A DNA stretch of 64,000 nt. Source: Eledone cirrhosa. Lineage: Eukaryota. How positions within the stretch are numbered: the stretch's first letter is position 1; every line of letters begins with the position of its first letter. Shown here piece after piece: positions 26,591-40,286 of the stretch. Location of the stretch: NCBI GenBank assembly GCA_964016885.1, contig OZ024741.1, positions 204,910,001 to 204,974,000 of the forward strand, read 5' to 3'. Both the position numbers and the translations under genes were made by a program. A model generated the notes under the pieces. It had not been told where the DNA came from. It was given only the letters and a program-made list of their open reading frames with translations, and made no database searches.

Positions 26591-29130
26591 ACCCATATTG
26601 AGTTTAAGACCTGGCATGATATGTAAGTTTCAGATTTTGATCAAAAGTATGTGAGAAGAAAATTCACATCCGGAACTTTCAAACGATAAAATGTATTTTG
26701 ACATGAAAGTGATCAAGCAAACTCTGTGTTTCACCCCTCCCATGAGATGCCCTGTACTAGTGTGTCAAAACTGAGTCCTCTACAGATAATGGATTGCAAT
26801 ATAGCCATGTCTGAAAATGCATGAAAAGCTTCCGATAGTCTTTAATCACTGGAATTGTTTATAGCCATTTTTAATAGTCTATTAATATTTTATTGAAATT
26901 GTATCATGTCCTTGTGGATTTATTTTTGGAGTCAACTTCCATAGTTTCCAGCTACCAAATCTTACTTGCAAATCATTGGTCAACCTGAGGTGATGATAGA
27001 AGACATTTTCCCAAGATGAGATGCAGTGGGACTGAATCTGAAACCTTGTGGTTACAAAGTAAATTCCTAAAACCACATTTTTATTTTTATTTAAGAGAAA
27101 ACAATGGCCACTAACGCCTTATGAAGGACTTGGATAAGTCTGAAACTAGTTCAACTTCAGAAACATTAAGCACAATAGCTGAAGCTTAGATGCTAGAAAA
27201 TTAATCACATGGTTCATTATCATCACCACTGCTTATCTATTTTCCATGCTTATATGGATTAGATGGACTGTCATGTATTGAGGCCAGACAGGCAGACAGA
27301 TCAGGTGGCTACTCCTTGCTCATATGTCTTATTTTCTGCTTGGATTTCTATGGCTAAATGCCCTTCCTAATGCCAACCACTTTATGTTTCTTGGGAGCTT
27401 TTTTCATGGCACCAGTATGACTACCATGTAGGATGGATAGGGTGTCTTTTGTTGTGGTACCAGGTTGACTACCTTAGAGGGTGAACTGGGTACTTTCTGT
27501 TGTGGCACTAGCCCAACCAACATTAGAAAATAAAACACATAACTCTTTCTTCAATTTGTCTTACTGACTGACAAAATACCTTACAGCATTTATTCTGGCT
27601 ATCTTTGCTCTGAATTTAAATGCCAACAAGGAAAAGTTTGCTTGTTCTTACAGGTTTGATAAGATGAAGTACCAGTCCTATATTTGACTGTAGGTGACTG
27701 TGACACTAAAAGTAAATGTAGTCAGAGACCAGAAGCATAGTATTTGGCAACTGAACAGAGACAACATAGGGTCTGGACGATTGTGAAAACCTTTCTAGTG
27801 CTGGTACCACAATAAAACACTCAGTCCACTCTGGAAAGTGGTAGTGCTGGTGCCACCAAAACAAAAGCATCCAGTACATTGTGTAAAATGGTTTGTGTTA
27901 GGAAGGACATCCAGGTGTAGAAACCATGCCCAATATACAATGAGAAAGATGAGTTCACCTGACAGGCATAGCTTCAGAACATAACCCATCCAACCCATAC
28001 CAGTGTTTAAAGTGGGCATAAAAATGATGATAATGTTACAGTTGTCAATGCTGTAATACTCATGCAGGCATGGCTGTGTGATTAAGAAGTCACTTTTCAA
28101 TCAAGAGATCCCAGGTTCAATCACACTGTGTGGCATTGTGGGGAAGTGTCTTTACTGTAGCTTCTGACTGACACAAGCCTTGTGTTTGACATTAGGTAGA
28201 CAAACTGTGTGAAGCTTGTTGGATGGATTGTACTTATAATTCAAAGGTCCTGTCTTGTTACGTATTGTGTCACACTGATTCTGCCAGGGAATTAGGTTAA
28301 GAGTACATGTGCCGGTGAAATATTCAACCACTTAGATGTTAATTCATGAGTGGGTATTAAGCTGATCAAATGCCTGAATTTCATTCTCAAAACCTACAGA
28401 GGCCCTATCACGCATCAATAATAACAATTAACTAAGTCAAAATATAAATATACATTTCTCTTGAAACAAAACATTTATTAAATAAAAAACAAATTCAAAC
28501 TAAAAATTGATTCAAACTTCATGAGGTATTTAAAAAGAAAATACTGCATGAAACCACATTAGCAAGACATTCTTGTAAAGTACAAATCAGCACTATTACT
28601 GCATCACATTAAAAATTAAAATTTTTACTTTACTGCAAATTTTCACAATGATCAGTCCACTAATAAAGATCCTATAAACACTTGAATTAACAAATGTTTT
28701 TATATATATTTTCAGCTAACTCAGGATATTAAGGGTTAACATGAAATATCAAAACAATTTATATTGCTGCCGTGTGTATAGAAAAATAAAAATTGATTAG
28801 AAAAGGTAAAATTTACTCTTTCCCATATATAATATCTCTGTAGCATTAACATATTGAAAAATAACATACTGACTAATGTCAAAAAGAGCTAATCAAGAAA
28901 TTGACAAAAACCATCAATGACTAGCTATCATTTAGAAATTATAACAATTAAAATTTCATAAAATAAAATCATTAAAAATTATAGAACCATATTTTGTTAT
29001 AATTTTATGGGTTTGTTACATAAATAGACATTTAAATGTATCATTAGCCCCCTCCCCCCTTCCTGAAACAAACAAACAAACAAAAAGCAACACTAATAAC
29101 TACCAATCTCCAATTGTTGGATGTTCTATG

Positions 29131-29377
29131 ACTGTGGTTCCCAACTCAGAAACTGTGACCCCATGGAGGAAGAGTCCTTCAAAGATAGTACTGGGGGTCC
29201 TTGATCTAAGTCAAAATTTCAAGTGCTTTGTTAAAAAGATAAATTTCTCTCTTTCATTTGTTATTCTTACTGCATAACAATTTAAGAGGGGAGGAATTGT
29301 AGTGGGGAGGAGGGTGGTCAATGGAAAAGTTCATTTAAATAAAAGGTCCTTAGTAAGGAGTAGGTTGGGAATGATGG
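29131..29377. mobile_element. Degenerate hAT-like MITE
   Basis: ctgtggttcccaac ... ggttgggaatgatgg imperfect TIRs. Confidence 0.45.
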
Positions 29378-30339
29378 TATTATAAGAAGAACACAGGTTA
29401 GAGCACACTTATCTTTAGGTTAACAAATATCAACATAAAAGGCTCTTTTGAACATTGATCTTAACACTTTTTCACTGAGATTGTTATCATCAGGAATTAT
29501 TTATTTTACCTAAAACTTGTTTCGCTGAGATCTAAAAATGGGTAAAAATGACTACAAACATTGGCATTTCCATATATCAGTAATAAAATTGATGAACAGT
29601 CAACCTACAGACACAAATATTGAGGGAGAACAGGCTGACACAGTGCCATTTACTATGAAAAAGAATGTCTGAGAGAGTAAAGTGACCATGTTGTCAAAAG
29701 ATCTACACAATTCCACTGAGACATCAGATATCAGTTCCTACAGATCTTTAAAAAATTCTGGCAACAGAATACAAAAAACTAATAAAGAGAAGCTAAGCAA
29801 CAAGCATACTTTGCAAGGAGAGAAGCAGAAAATAGAGGGTTAAAGTCAACTTGGCAAAGAATAAAATCCTAGTAAGTAGAAAGGAAGGGCCCTGATTCTT
29901 TCAGAGAAATGGCTTTGCTCAGTGTGCAAGAAAGGATTGGGTAGAAATTCCATCCTTTGTCCCAAATGCAAACTACAGGTACACAAGAGATGTAGTGGGA
30001 TCTCAGACAGGCTAACAAAGAACTTAAGTTTTATATGTGATCAATGCACAGGAGCAGTAAGCAGCAAGAGCTCACAGGAAACAAGCTCTAACAAATGCTT
30101 AGAGTGCTTATCTTTTAATTTTGTGTACCACATGAAATCGCACGAGCAAGACATTCTTCAAAAGTACAACACAGCATTATGACAGCATCACATTAAAAAT
30201 TATAGTCTTTATTCTAAGTTAGCACATTTTTACAATGATCTGTTCACTTTTAAAGATACTATGAACATTTGAATTAAATCTATTTTTAGATATTTTCTGC
30301 TAGATCATTACAAGATGTTGAGTTAATCCAACATTTGGA

Positions 30340-31400
30340 TAAACAGCAGAGATCACCAGATGAGTTTAGTAATACCATGTCCTCTAGAAATTTCAGTCAA
30401 CTGATCCTACACCTGCCAGTCTTGATACTATTTCCAACTCAACTTTGCATGTCAATCCTGTTCATGAAAATTATGAACAGGACAGGTACGAATGCAACAC
30501 CCACATTAAATGGTTTCAACTTAGCACCATTATTCTAAACAGAAATACCAGAGTCTTTGTATAGAGACATCAGGGCAACAAGCTGTCCATCGATGCATTA
30601 CCCCTACATAATCCTTTACAACAGATCTTATAGAATGCAGTCATATGCCTTTTTGAGATCTATGAAACAAGCATAAACTTTTTGACAATACTGCCACGAT
30701 TTCTCAAAGACCTGCCACAGTGCGATATTTATTTGCATCTGGGGCAAACTCTACACTGTTTGTCAGCTAGTTTGGACTTGACAATATACCTATATCTTGC
30801 TGCGAGACACTTAACATAGACTTTACCAGGGATGTTTTAACAAGAAGATCCTCTATAATTGAAAGGTGAATTACATGCAAGAATTGCAGGAGCTGGTACA
30901 GTAATGCATCAGCTTAAGCATTCAGTCATCGGAAAAAGAAAGGCAGGTGTAAAAGCCAAACTCACTATCATTAATTTGGTATTCATGCAAACCCTTACCT
31001 ATGGTTATGAATCTTGGGTAATGACCAAAAAAATACGATTGCAAATATAAGTGGTTCCTCCAAAGGGTCTTTGGAGTAACGTTACTTGAAAGAGTGTGGA
31101 GTTCGGAGACCAGAGAGTCACTCCAAGTAGAGTCGTTACTTCTCCGAATTGAGAGACACAACTTTGATATATGGGAATGTGATTAGAATGTCTCAGGAAA
31201 GAATTACTGGACAGATTTTATGGGCAAAACCAACCAGTAGGAGATCCGGTGGTATACCCTGAATAAGATGGTTGGATAACACCCATGAGCTTGGCTGGTC
31301 TCGCTTGGAGACAGTTGCTTCTGACAGGACTCGATGGACAACATGCTTGAGGAATCTCCCCCCCCCCCCCCCCCAACCCTGCCAAGAAGAAGAAGAAGCC
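30340..31400. mobile_element. RTE LINE copy with an inverted 5' part (minus ~30340-30858, plus ~30859-31400, GAA tail)
   Basis: Left part is the reverse complement of sequence like 24400-24910; right part has LTYGYESWVMT and ends gaagaagaagaag. Confidence 0.7.
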
Positions 31401-32769
31401 GCTGCCATATATATTCAGTATTCATTCAGTTATTTCATTGGCTTTACCTGTGAGGCTACTAAGATCAGATAGTGACTATTTCTTTAACATTATCTGATCA
31501 GTTGCATATTCCTAATCCACAGCAATATTAGCAAGCATCAATACTTAAGTGTAATGAAAGTATTGCAGTTTAGAAAGCCAATGAATATATTTGGAAACAC
31601 TCAAGAAAAGAAAATATCAATGCAAAAAAATATTTGTGGACCAAACCCATACACACCAAATTTCCTTCAATGTAGTTAAAATCAAAGTTTGTTCCAAGCC
31701 AGAACTTATCTCGATTTCATTGGAATTAAGCAACAAAGTGTACAAGACCCTTACCCACCCCATACAAGACACAAATCCATTGCAGGGTTACTCCCCAGCT
31801 GTTGCTGGTAGTAATTTTCAGCTGAGTAGATTGGAACAATGTGAGAGGAAGTGCTTTGTTAAAAAACCCAATGTGTCACCCGACCCAAGAATTGAACCCA
31901 TAACATTACAATCATAAGCCCAATGCCTTAACCACTAAGTCATGTGTCTTCACTTCGATTCAGACATATAGACAGTTGCTAAATGTTCTTAGTTATAGCA
32001 TTACTACTTGTTACCATATCTCTAATCATTTTGAAAATATAACAAGAATTTAATCTTACATAGCCACAGAAAATGGTCATGGCTGGAATGTCTTTGCTCA
32101 TAGATCTGCTGGATCAAGGTTGACTTGTGGTTAAACAACAAGCAGTCATTAACAAAGATATTTAACATAAAAAAGTGCTGCCCACATTCAACTGTAAATG
32201 TTAATCTTCAGCTTGCTGACAAAAATAGCTTCATATAGCTGGGTGAGCTGCTGTTTAGCTCCAGATTAGTCCTGATCAAAAACATTCCAGCTGTGACAAT
32301 CAGTTTTTTTTTTCAGACATAGTTTATTTTGGATTATATTATCCAACATAACTTTCTTTTTTTAAATCAACAAGGGTGCAATGAGCAACACTTGATTGTT
32401 AATTCTAGCAGAACAAGCCACCATACACAGGTTACATCATTGGGTAATGAATCTTTTACTGCTTGCTGTGCTAAGTTCAAATCTTCACATGGACAAAAAG
32501 CTACAATAATTATTGTAGCATTTTTGTCCATATGAAGATTATAATGTAATGTTCCTACAAACCTTACTAACTGACATAGGAGCCCTTTCAGGAGACAACA
32601 AACACAAGAGGCCTTTCAGGGGCAGACAACAAACACAGGACACTTATGTACTGGGTCTTGAAGATAAATTAAGACCAATTTTAAGCATTTGACTTAGTGG
32701 GTTTAATATTTCATTTTTTGACAAAACCTTGCTTGCTTTAAAATCTAATCCTCCTCTTTATTTTTCAGG

Positions 32770-33100
32770 TAAATAGTGAACTGATTAGACAACAGAAAGT
32801 CATGGAACAACAGAATCATTCCGCCATTGTTGTTTTGGCATGCGCCAGGGACACTGCCAATAAAATTGTTAAGTTGACAAAACTTTCCAAAAGCAACTGT
32901 TTATCGTGTGTATAAACAATTTAAAGAAGAGGGAAAAATTGATAGGAAAGTACACAAGACTCAAAATGATTCCAAGAGCAATCCAAAGTTTCTCACTGAC
33001 CTCAAATGCTTGATTGAAACCAACCCATCCACATCCATGACAACCCCTGCAAAGAAATACAATGTGTCCCTTTCTATAGTGTCCTAAAAGGGCAGCCATA
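32770..33100 (+). mobile_element. Tc1/mariner transposase N-terminal (HTH) remnant
   Basis: MEQQNHSAIVVL...TVYRVYKQFKEEGKIDRK across a frameshift; a separate PNSLDCNPLDY (SPDLNP-like) scrap lies at ~41372-41405. Confidence 0.5.
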
Positions 33101-35363
33101 TTGAGTGATAAATGTTTTTGTCCCCCTCTCATTATCCTGCCATTTGTCCAATGCCATATCAAATAGCTATTTATTATAGTTCTTCAGGCCAGAGAGGAAT
33201 TCAAGACTGGTTGTTTATAGGAACTCATATACCAACAACCTACTTCTCATAGTTGAACCAGACAAAAAATTAGAGGAAAGTTGCAAATATGAAAACAGAG
33301 TCAAGAATTGAGAAGCCTAAAAGACAACCCAATAAATACAAAAGCAAAGAAGAATACAGAATTCTATTGCTAGCTAGGCAGTTGCCATGCTTGATATGTG
33401 GAAAAAGAGTAGTTAGGAATTCTGTACCTAATGTAAACTATGGATGTGCAAAAAAACATGAATTCCTGGATGTAGTTAATAGTTTGGACTACCTAGGTAA
33501 TTTCCTTGCAGTAAATCATAGCAAATACTTTGCCCAAAATACATTTCTAAAACTGTTAAATGTTTATACTTATATTAAAACCTTGCATCATAATTTTAAT
33601 TAAGACATTTTGGTTAAGTAATCTTTCAAAGAATATGTCATAATCAGATCATGTCCCATTCCTGAGCATGTGTCATTACATTGCTTAGGAATTGGACTGA
33701 CTTTCTTAAGTAATAAATTCCACTATTCATGTATCAGTAATTTATATAATTGAATTAACTTCCAAGAATGTGTAAAAATGTGCAAAACAGTGTAGCTGAC
33801 TTGATAAGTCCTTTAATAATAGTGTCTATAAATGCAATTTTATCATGAACAGTTAAGAGTAGGTTAAATGGTTGCTGATGAAACCATAATGTGGATTGCA
33901 AGCATAGTCTAGCTGACACTTTTTGTTACAACCATGGTGAAATTATATAAACAAAGACAGCCATTGGTGACTGTCCTGTTTATTTTAATTAGTTTACACA
34001 CATGGAGGCACATGGCTTAGTGGTTAGAGCATTGGTCTTGCAATCGAAAGGTTGTGAGTTCAATTCCAGACCGAGTGATGTGTTGTTTCCTTGAGCAAGA
34101 CACTTTATTTCCCATTGCTCCAGTTTACTCAGCTGTAAAAATGAGATGATAGAGATTGGGGTCCCTATCATTCCACTGCAAAAAAGCACCCAGCTCACAC
34201 TGTAAAATGGACGTGTAGGCGTTACGGAAAAAAAAGCACCCAGCACTCACTGTAAATGAGGTTGGTGTTAGGAAGGGCATCCAGCTGTATAAATCAAGCC
34301 AGAATCAGTTCCCGTCCCACCCTTGAAAGCAGGGAAAAGCAGACGTAAAATGAAATGATGATGATGATGACAGTAAAAACTTAAATTTATAGATTTATTC
34401 TGTAGTATATATCATATCATTAAAAGCAAATGCAGCTAATGCATCAAAAATTTATTTATTCCAATGCCTCAGTAGTAACATACAATGTCCCTTCCACAAA
34501 CATTGCACTGGTTCTTTGGCAAGGTACATTAACTGCCTCAGTTGTCTTCAGTTAGTAAAAAGGTAACTTACAATTTCATAATTTCGGTTATACAGTGATG
34601 ATGGCTCATAAGACAAATAACTGACATTAGAGTAAGATCATGAACAGCATCTACATCAGCTGAAATAAACACAAACTTATACTCCAGTTGCAAAAACAGT
34701 CTTCTCTATAGACCCAAATTTTATGCTCAGTTGCTAATTCACAATAATAAATTCACTAATAACCACCTAAATCTCAGGAAATACTTTGTAAAACTAAACA
34801 GTAAATTGAAAGGAACACCCCCCTGCTGGTCACATTGGATCCTACAGAGTATACTAAACTACTGTGTCATTCCAAGGTATTTAGCTAATAACCTCCATAT
34901 TCTGAATTAGCTATATAAATGTTTACTATACCATATAATAATTGGGATGTGTCTGAGCCATTATAAAATAATTTTTTAAAGATTCAATTACATTTATGAC
35001 TTTATTTATGAACAAGTAATTGACCCCTATGCTTTTAAACAAGTTATAAACAAATTAAATGAAATTAGTGTGACTGTAAAAATAAAGGTATAAAAATATG
35101 CCAACAAATAAATACAACAATAATTAAATGAAATTTCAAAATAATTCAATCGTATAAAATATAGGCTTTGCAAGTCATTAAATTCTGTGCACATCTTTCT
35201 ACACCAGTATAAAATACACTTCTATTTAATTCCATTTCCTTTAGGTGTCTATGTGTGCGTTATTAGTGTTGGTTAATCTCAAATGTACAACAATGATTAA
35301 TTCAAATATGTGGTCCCCTGGATTACCTCTTAGTATTAAACACAATATCATCTTGGATATTGT

Positions 35364-35369
35364 TTTATT
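35364..35369 (-). promoter_or_regulatory. Candidate polyadenylation signal AATAAA for the SKI7-like isoform
   Basis: tttatt on the + strand ~100 nt after the TGA; other AATAAA hexamers lie further downstream. Confidence 0.35.
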
Positions 35370-35470
35370 TTATAAAAACTCACAGTTGTGTAGTTAAAAA
35401 CAGAAATTTATGTGTAAGCTATTTACAAAGATGACAAAAAAAATGCAAATAGAAACCATTTAAACTTTTA

Positions 35471-37266
35471 TCAGCTATTTGCTTCAACTGTAACTGGGGC
35501 TCGATGATGATAGGCCTGTTTCTGTCGTGTTTTCACAATATCGTCAGGTGATGGTGTAGAAAAATCAAATGGTGTGATATGGAATAAAGTTGCTTCCCAA
35601 TTTGTAGATATTCCATTCATTTGTACCTTGTATGAAAACTTTGGATATTTCAGCTTCTTCACAGAATTATTGGAACCCTTCTGTGCTCTGTAAGAAATCA
35701 CTTTTCCAAACAATGAAACAGGTTCTTTGAAAGCAATTTTCTGGATTTGCATATCAAGGCCTTCTTTGTTTAAACATGTGTTGTTTTCTTTCTGGGAACA
35801 ACTAAGGTCAACACTGTTAACTTTGAAAACTGGAGTACTTTTGAGGTTGGGTTTTGTTTCAGTGGGTTTCCTGCACAAATCTTCAAGCCTAGTTTCAGGT
35901 GTGTGATCAGACTTCGAAATATTATGTTCAAGGTTTACTTGATTAATCAAACTTCCAAGAGATAAAGAATCCAAATGGTCATCATCTTTCACTGATGATT
36001 GTCTGGTTTTTTCATCCTCACTATCTTCTACATTATACTTAAATTCATTGCGAAAAGTGGAGAAAATAGTATTGTTTTCAGTCTTTGGAAGGTCAGTAAT
36101 TTTATGATTAGTGAGATCACACAATGAAAACCCTTTAGTATTTGTCTGGGAAGGAAGTGAACGATTTATATTTGAATGAGTGGTATTTGAACATACATCC
36201 TTTGGGTTTTGCAAGTGAGTCTTCTCTGGCACATTTTTTAGTAAGCCAACATAACTCAGAATATTCCTACTTTTAGATGGTCTGGAAAAATCAAATGTTT
36301 TTGCATAACTATTTTTTGAAACATCTGAAGAAAAATGAATGTGTTTCTCAGCTTCCTTTTGAGAAGTTTTAAACTTTACATCTTTCTTCACTGGTTCATT
36401 ACAAAACAGGGAATCTTCTGAATCAAGATTAAGACGAGTTTTAGTTAAGTCAGCTAAATTTGTCTTATCAGGGTTCTTATGATAAGAGTTTCTGTTTTTA
36501 GAACATTTTTTACAAGTTTCTTGTGGATGGGCTTCAGCACAAGTAAAATCTTTAAGTGCATCTTTTACACACTGTTTAGAATCATTTGTTTTCTTATATC
36601 TCTGATTATTAAGATCAGCAAGTGAAGATCTAAAATTACCCTTTTGTTCAATCAATGAAGACAAGCTAATCGACTTTTCCCCAACATCCAAATTGTTTTC
36701 TTCACAATCTTCTAGCCATGTCTTTTGTTCAATTCCATCAGACAAAGAAAGCCCAGAATTATTGACTAACGAGCCTTTGGCATCTTTTTCCATTTGTTCT
36801 TTATTTTCTTTTGCTTTTGCAAACAAATTCATAAGTTCTTGCTTATTTGATCTATTTCTAAATTTTGGTTTAATTGCACTATTAACATCAATACTGTCAT
36901 TTGAAATCTTCTGACAGAATGAGGTTGAAGAATCCACTATCCCATGTGTCTCTAAATCTCCCCCGACAGTATGATTAGAAGGTAGTACACAACTTTCTTG
37001 GCTTTCTTCTTGAATGTAATTTCTGTTTATTTTTGGATCTAATGATGCTAACTGATCTTCCTGACTATCTTCCCTTTTGAAGGGTTTTTGCTGGAAGATT
37101 TCAGCATCAAAGTTATCTGAAATTGCACTTTCATATGAAGAGCATTCCTCTTCTCCTACACTATTCATTCTTTGACATGCAAATGTTTGCAAATTCCTGT
37201 CAGAAAACTGATTACACTCTGTAGGACTTGTACAGTAATTTTGTTTATAAAAACTATCATCTACAT
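35471..37266 (-). CDS. HBS1L: HBS1L terminal exon encoding the SKI7-like (HBS1LV3-type) exosome-binding C-terminus
   Basis: 573-aa ORF whose frame stays open upstream to 37288; C-terminal KEPVSLFGKVI and ITPFDFSTPSPDDIVKTRQKQAY match Ski7/HBS1LV3 patches. In-frame phase-1 acceptors give exon starts at 37287, 37266 or 37260, so the 5' boundary is uncertain. Confidence 0.88.
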
Positions 37267-37611
37267 CTAAATCACATATAGAGAAGTCTTACCTTACAAA
37301 AGCCAAAAATTAATATGAAGTAGCAGGAGAAAAAGTTTCAACCAATCAGAAACCAGACAGTGGGGAGCATATTCCACGCATTACCAAAAGGTGTAAGTGG
37401 GGTAAGTAGTTGACAAGATGATGTCATGAAAGAAAAGAAAAAAAAAAAAGAACAAAGGCTCTCGTTAGAATGATTATTATTATTTTTAGTAACATAACAC
37501 TACTTGCATCAGTCTACAAATTCGTTACTAAATAGAACATTCACACATAAAATCGCAATACAAGTCTAATGCAAACACCAAAATTTAAATTTCTAGTAAA
37601 AGCAAGATAAT

Positions 37612-37798
37612 TGTTTCTACTTTAGGCACAAGGCCAGCAATTACCCAGTGCATTACTGGTACTTTATTTTATCGACCCCGTAAGGATGAAAGGCAAAGTC
37701 AACCTCGGCGGGATTTGAACTCAGATTGTAAAGGGACGTAACTATGCTGGAAAGCATGGCGTCCGACCCTCTACCGATACTGCCAATCCACCGCCCTT
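37612..37798 (-). mobile_element. tRNA-derived SINE (family A) with a 15-bp TSD
   Basis: Near-identical reverse complement of 9887-10072; TSD TAAAAGCAAGATAAT at 37597-37611 and 37799-37813. Confidence 0.88.
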
Positions 37799-38944
37799 TA
37801 AAAGCAAGATAATACAGAAATTTTTTTTACTAAACTGTCCAATTATAATTGAAATGAAGTATCACTTCCATTTGTGTTACATTAAGTGTACAAATGTCAT
37901 GTATATCTACCAAACAGGATAAATTACGAAGAATTTTATCAAACCTTAAATTTGGTGTGCCAACATATCAAAATCTTAAACTAGATTGCACACCACTGTC
38001 TGTTCAGTAGAGGTGACAATCAAACAGACTTGCATGCATGTAGAATTGATAGTGCATACCCACAAATGCCAGAGACACACTTTTTGTAGAGTGCACAACC
38101 AAAAATGCCAGGGACAATTTTTCTATGTAACATAATATTATTATTTCCATGAAAAGATGTGAGCCCTGCACTGCAAGCTAATGAAAGACTTAAATATACA
38201 GAGCTTCTACTTACAACTATCTGCTATGATTTCTCTTGATACCAAGCTAAAGTTATATACACTATACACTGATCTAGCATTGAATGCAACATTGATTTCC
38301 CATGATAAAGCTAACTGTTTTTCTGAACATAGGATCATCATCATCATTTTATGACCACTCTTCCATGCTTACATGGGTTGGATGGGTTCTTTCCAGCACA
38401 GCCTTACTCCACTTGCAGCATTCCTTTGTTACCTCCTCTGTGAAGTTCAGTGTTTCGAGATCAGCTCTAACAACTTCTGCTCGGGTTTTTCTTGGTCTCC
38501 CTGTACTGCAGTTTCCTTCCACTGGCATCATCTGGTACTTTTTTACCCAGCGTTCCTCATCCATATGCATCCCATCAGTGTGGAGAACCACAACTGACAT
38601 AAATCCTATTTGCCACTCTTAGGTTTTTGACAGAAGATAGCATTTGTGTGACAGACGGACAGACAGGTTGTACAGTTATTATGATATAGATTATATTTCC
38701 AGGCAGGGGATAGAGAGAAGTACCTTTTATTTTCTACATGGTTAATTAGGTGGTGCCATTAAGCTAAACACAGCCTAAATTATTTGTGGTCAAAAATAAT
38801 CTGAAGGAAAGAGGACCTACACATATGTCCTTGAAACAAAATGGTGTGAAGAATTTGACAAACTTGAGGTGTTTCTTAAACTAATTTTTTGGTTAAATGG
38901 TTGAGGAAGTAAGTATAAAAAATTGTATCATTTTTCATTTACAA

Positions 38945-39187
38945 TTAACCCTTTTGTTACGATATTTACTATTGAAATGCACTGCCTATACTTTTCAATT
39001 AATTTTGAAAATAATCAAGAATTTAGAGAGACTTATTATGATGGTGTTGGCAGTATAACTTAACAAAAGTTCTTCCATGAAAATTATGATGGAAAGTTTT
39101 TAGATAAAATATAAATACATTAAAACAAACAATTTAAATCATAGAACCAGGGGTGGCTTCAGGCAGTTTAGTATCAAAAGCGCTAAT
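38945..39187. mobile_element. Second TTAA-type MITE family (relatives at ~700-890, 23487, 23674, 44290-44575 and 44976-45804)
   Basis: ttaacccttttgttac ... gtatcaaaagcgctaa, with a shared internal ttttgaaaataat..agaattt block. Confidence 0.65.
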
Positions 39188-39527
39188 ATTATCAATTACA
39201 AGTAGTTTTTTGGGTCATGACACTTTACAAAAAGAAATTAGTTTCAGCAATTTTTTATCAAATTCTCTTTCGTACTTTTAGAGATTTAACTTTGTAATTC
39301 ATATTACCAACATGGTTAATACCATAGTATTTTCATTTTAAACAGAAAAGAATGTTAACAATAGACAAACCTCTAAGTACAATGTTGGGTACAGTGAACA
39401 GTCTGGTGTCTGGCTGCTCCTGTCTTAATGTACAATTTCTATATTGAATAAATTTTCACTTGCATTCTATTATTGCTATTACTTCTGAAACTACTTGTGT
39501 AAACACAACCTTTTATGTCACTCTACT

Positions 39528-39717
39528 AGGGCAGTGGATTGGCAGTATCGGTAGAGGGTTGGACACCATGCTTTCCAGCATAGAGTTATAGCCCTTTATG
39601 GTCCGAGTTCAAATCCCACCGAGGTTAACTTTGCCTTTCATCACTACGGGTTCGATAAAATAAAGTACCAGTAATGCACTGGAATAATTGATGGCCTTGT
39701 GCCAAAAATAGAAACAT
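39528..39717 (+). mobile_element. SINE family A copy
   Basis: Full-length match to 9887-10072. Confidence 0.85.
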
Positions 39718-40238
39718 TTATATTTCACCTTACTCTTCACCAGTTTGTATGAATGACTATTTAATTCAAATCTTCAAAATTGTAATGGACTATTGATTTC
39801 AGTGTGTTTTACCACCTCATAACCTTTTCTATAAGTTACTACCATAATGTATTCCTAAATATATGAAAAGACTTATAATCATATGTCAGAGAAATATTTT
39901 TATGAGAGCCATACAAGATGTGCACAAAGGTGCCATTTGCAAGGTTAGTGTTGGCAGTGAATTTAGAAAGTATTTTGTATATAATTAATTATTCAACAGA
40001 ACCCTATCTTAGACCCATCTATTTGATAGTTCTCATGGTTCTAAGACAATTTGGGAAATAATTTGAAACAAATTCCAAATTAGATTGAAATACTTAAAAT
40101 GATGAAATTCTTCACATTATTACCTACAAATTTATACATTGATGTTTGTATTAGTGAGATTAGCATGTTCCCTAATTTTAAATGAAGACTGAAGACAAGA
40201 TTAATTCAAAGATGCTAAGAGTTGAAAAAGATATTCAC

Positions 40239-40286
40239 CTTGTGATTTACGCCCCTGTTTGGGTTCCCTCTGTGGTTTTGATGCAC
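40239..40286 (-). CDS. HBS1L: HBS1L small coding exon 5 (GASKPQREPKQGRKSQ)
   Basis: ttccag acceptor, GTGAAT donor, 48 nt, phase 1-1, no stops, basic linker; supported by splice signals and frame only. Confidence 0.65.

Noticed and set aside
34005-34075. Functional tRNA genes at SINE heads
   Set aside because: There is no complete cloverleaf, and each head continues into a repeated SINE body.
34566-34622. Possible further HBS1L exon (acttac donor on the minus strand)
   Set aside because: No convincing open frame or HBS1 similarity.
36693-36914. Plus-strand 73-aa ORF
   Set aside because: It is an antisense shadow of the SKI7 exon.
35471-37192. Stand-alone intronless 573-aa gene
   Set aside because: It starts at TTG, the frame stays open to splice acceptors upstream, and it joins HBS1L exons in phase.
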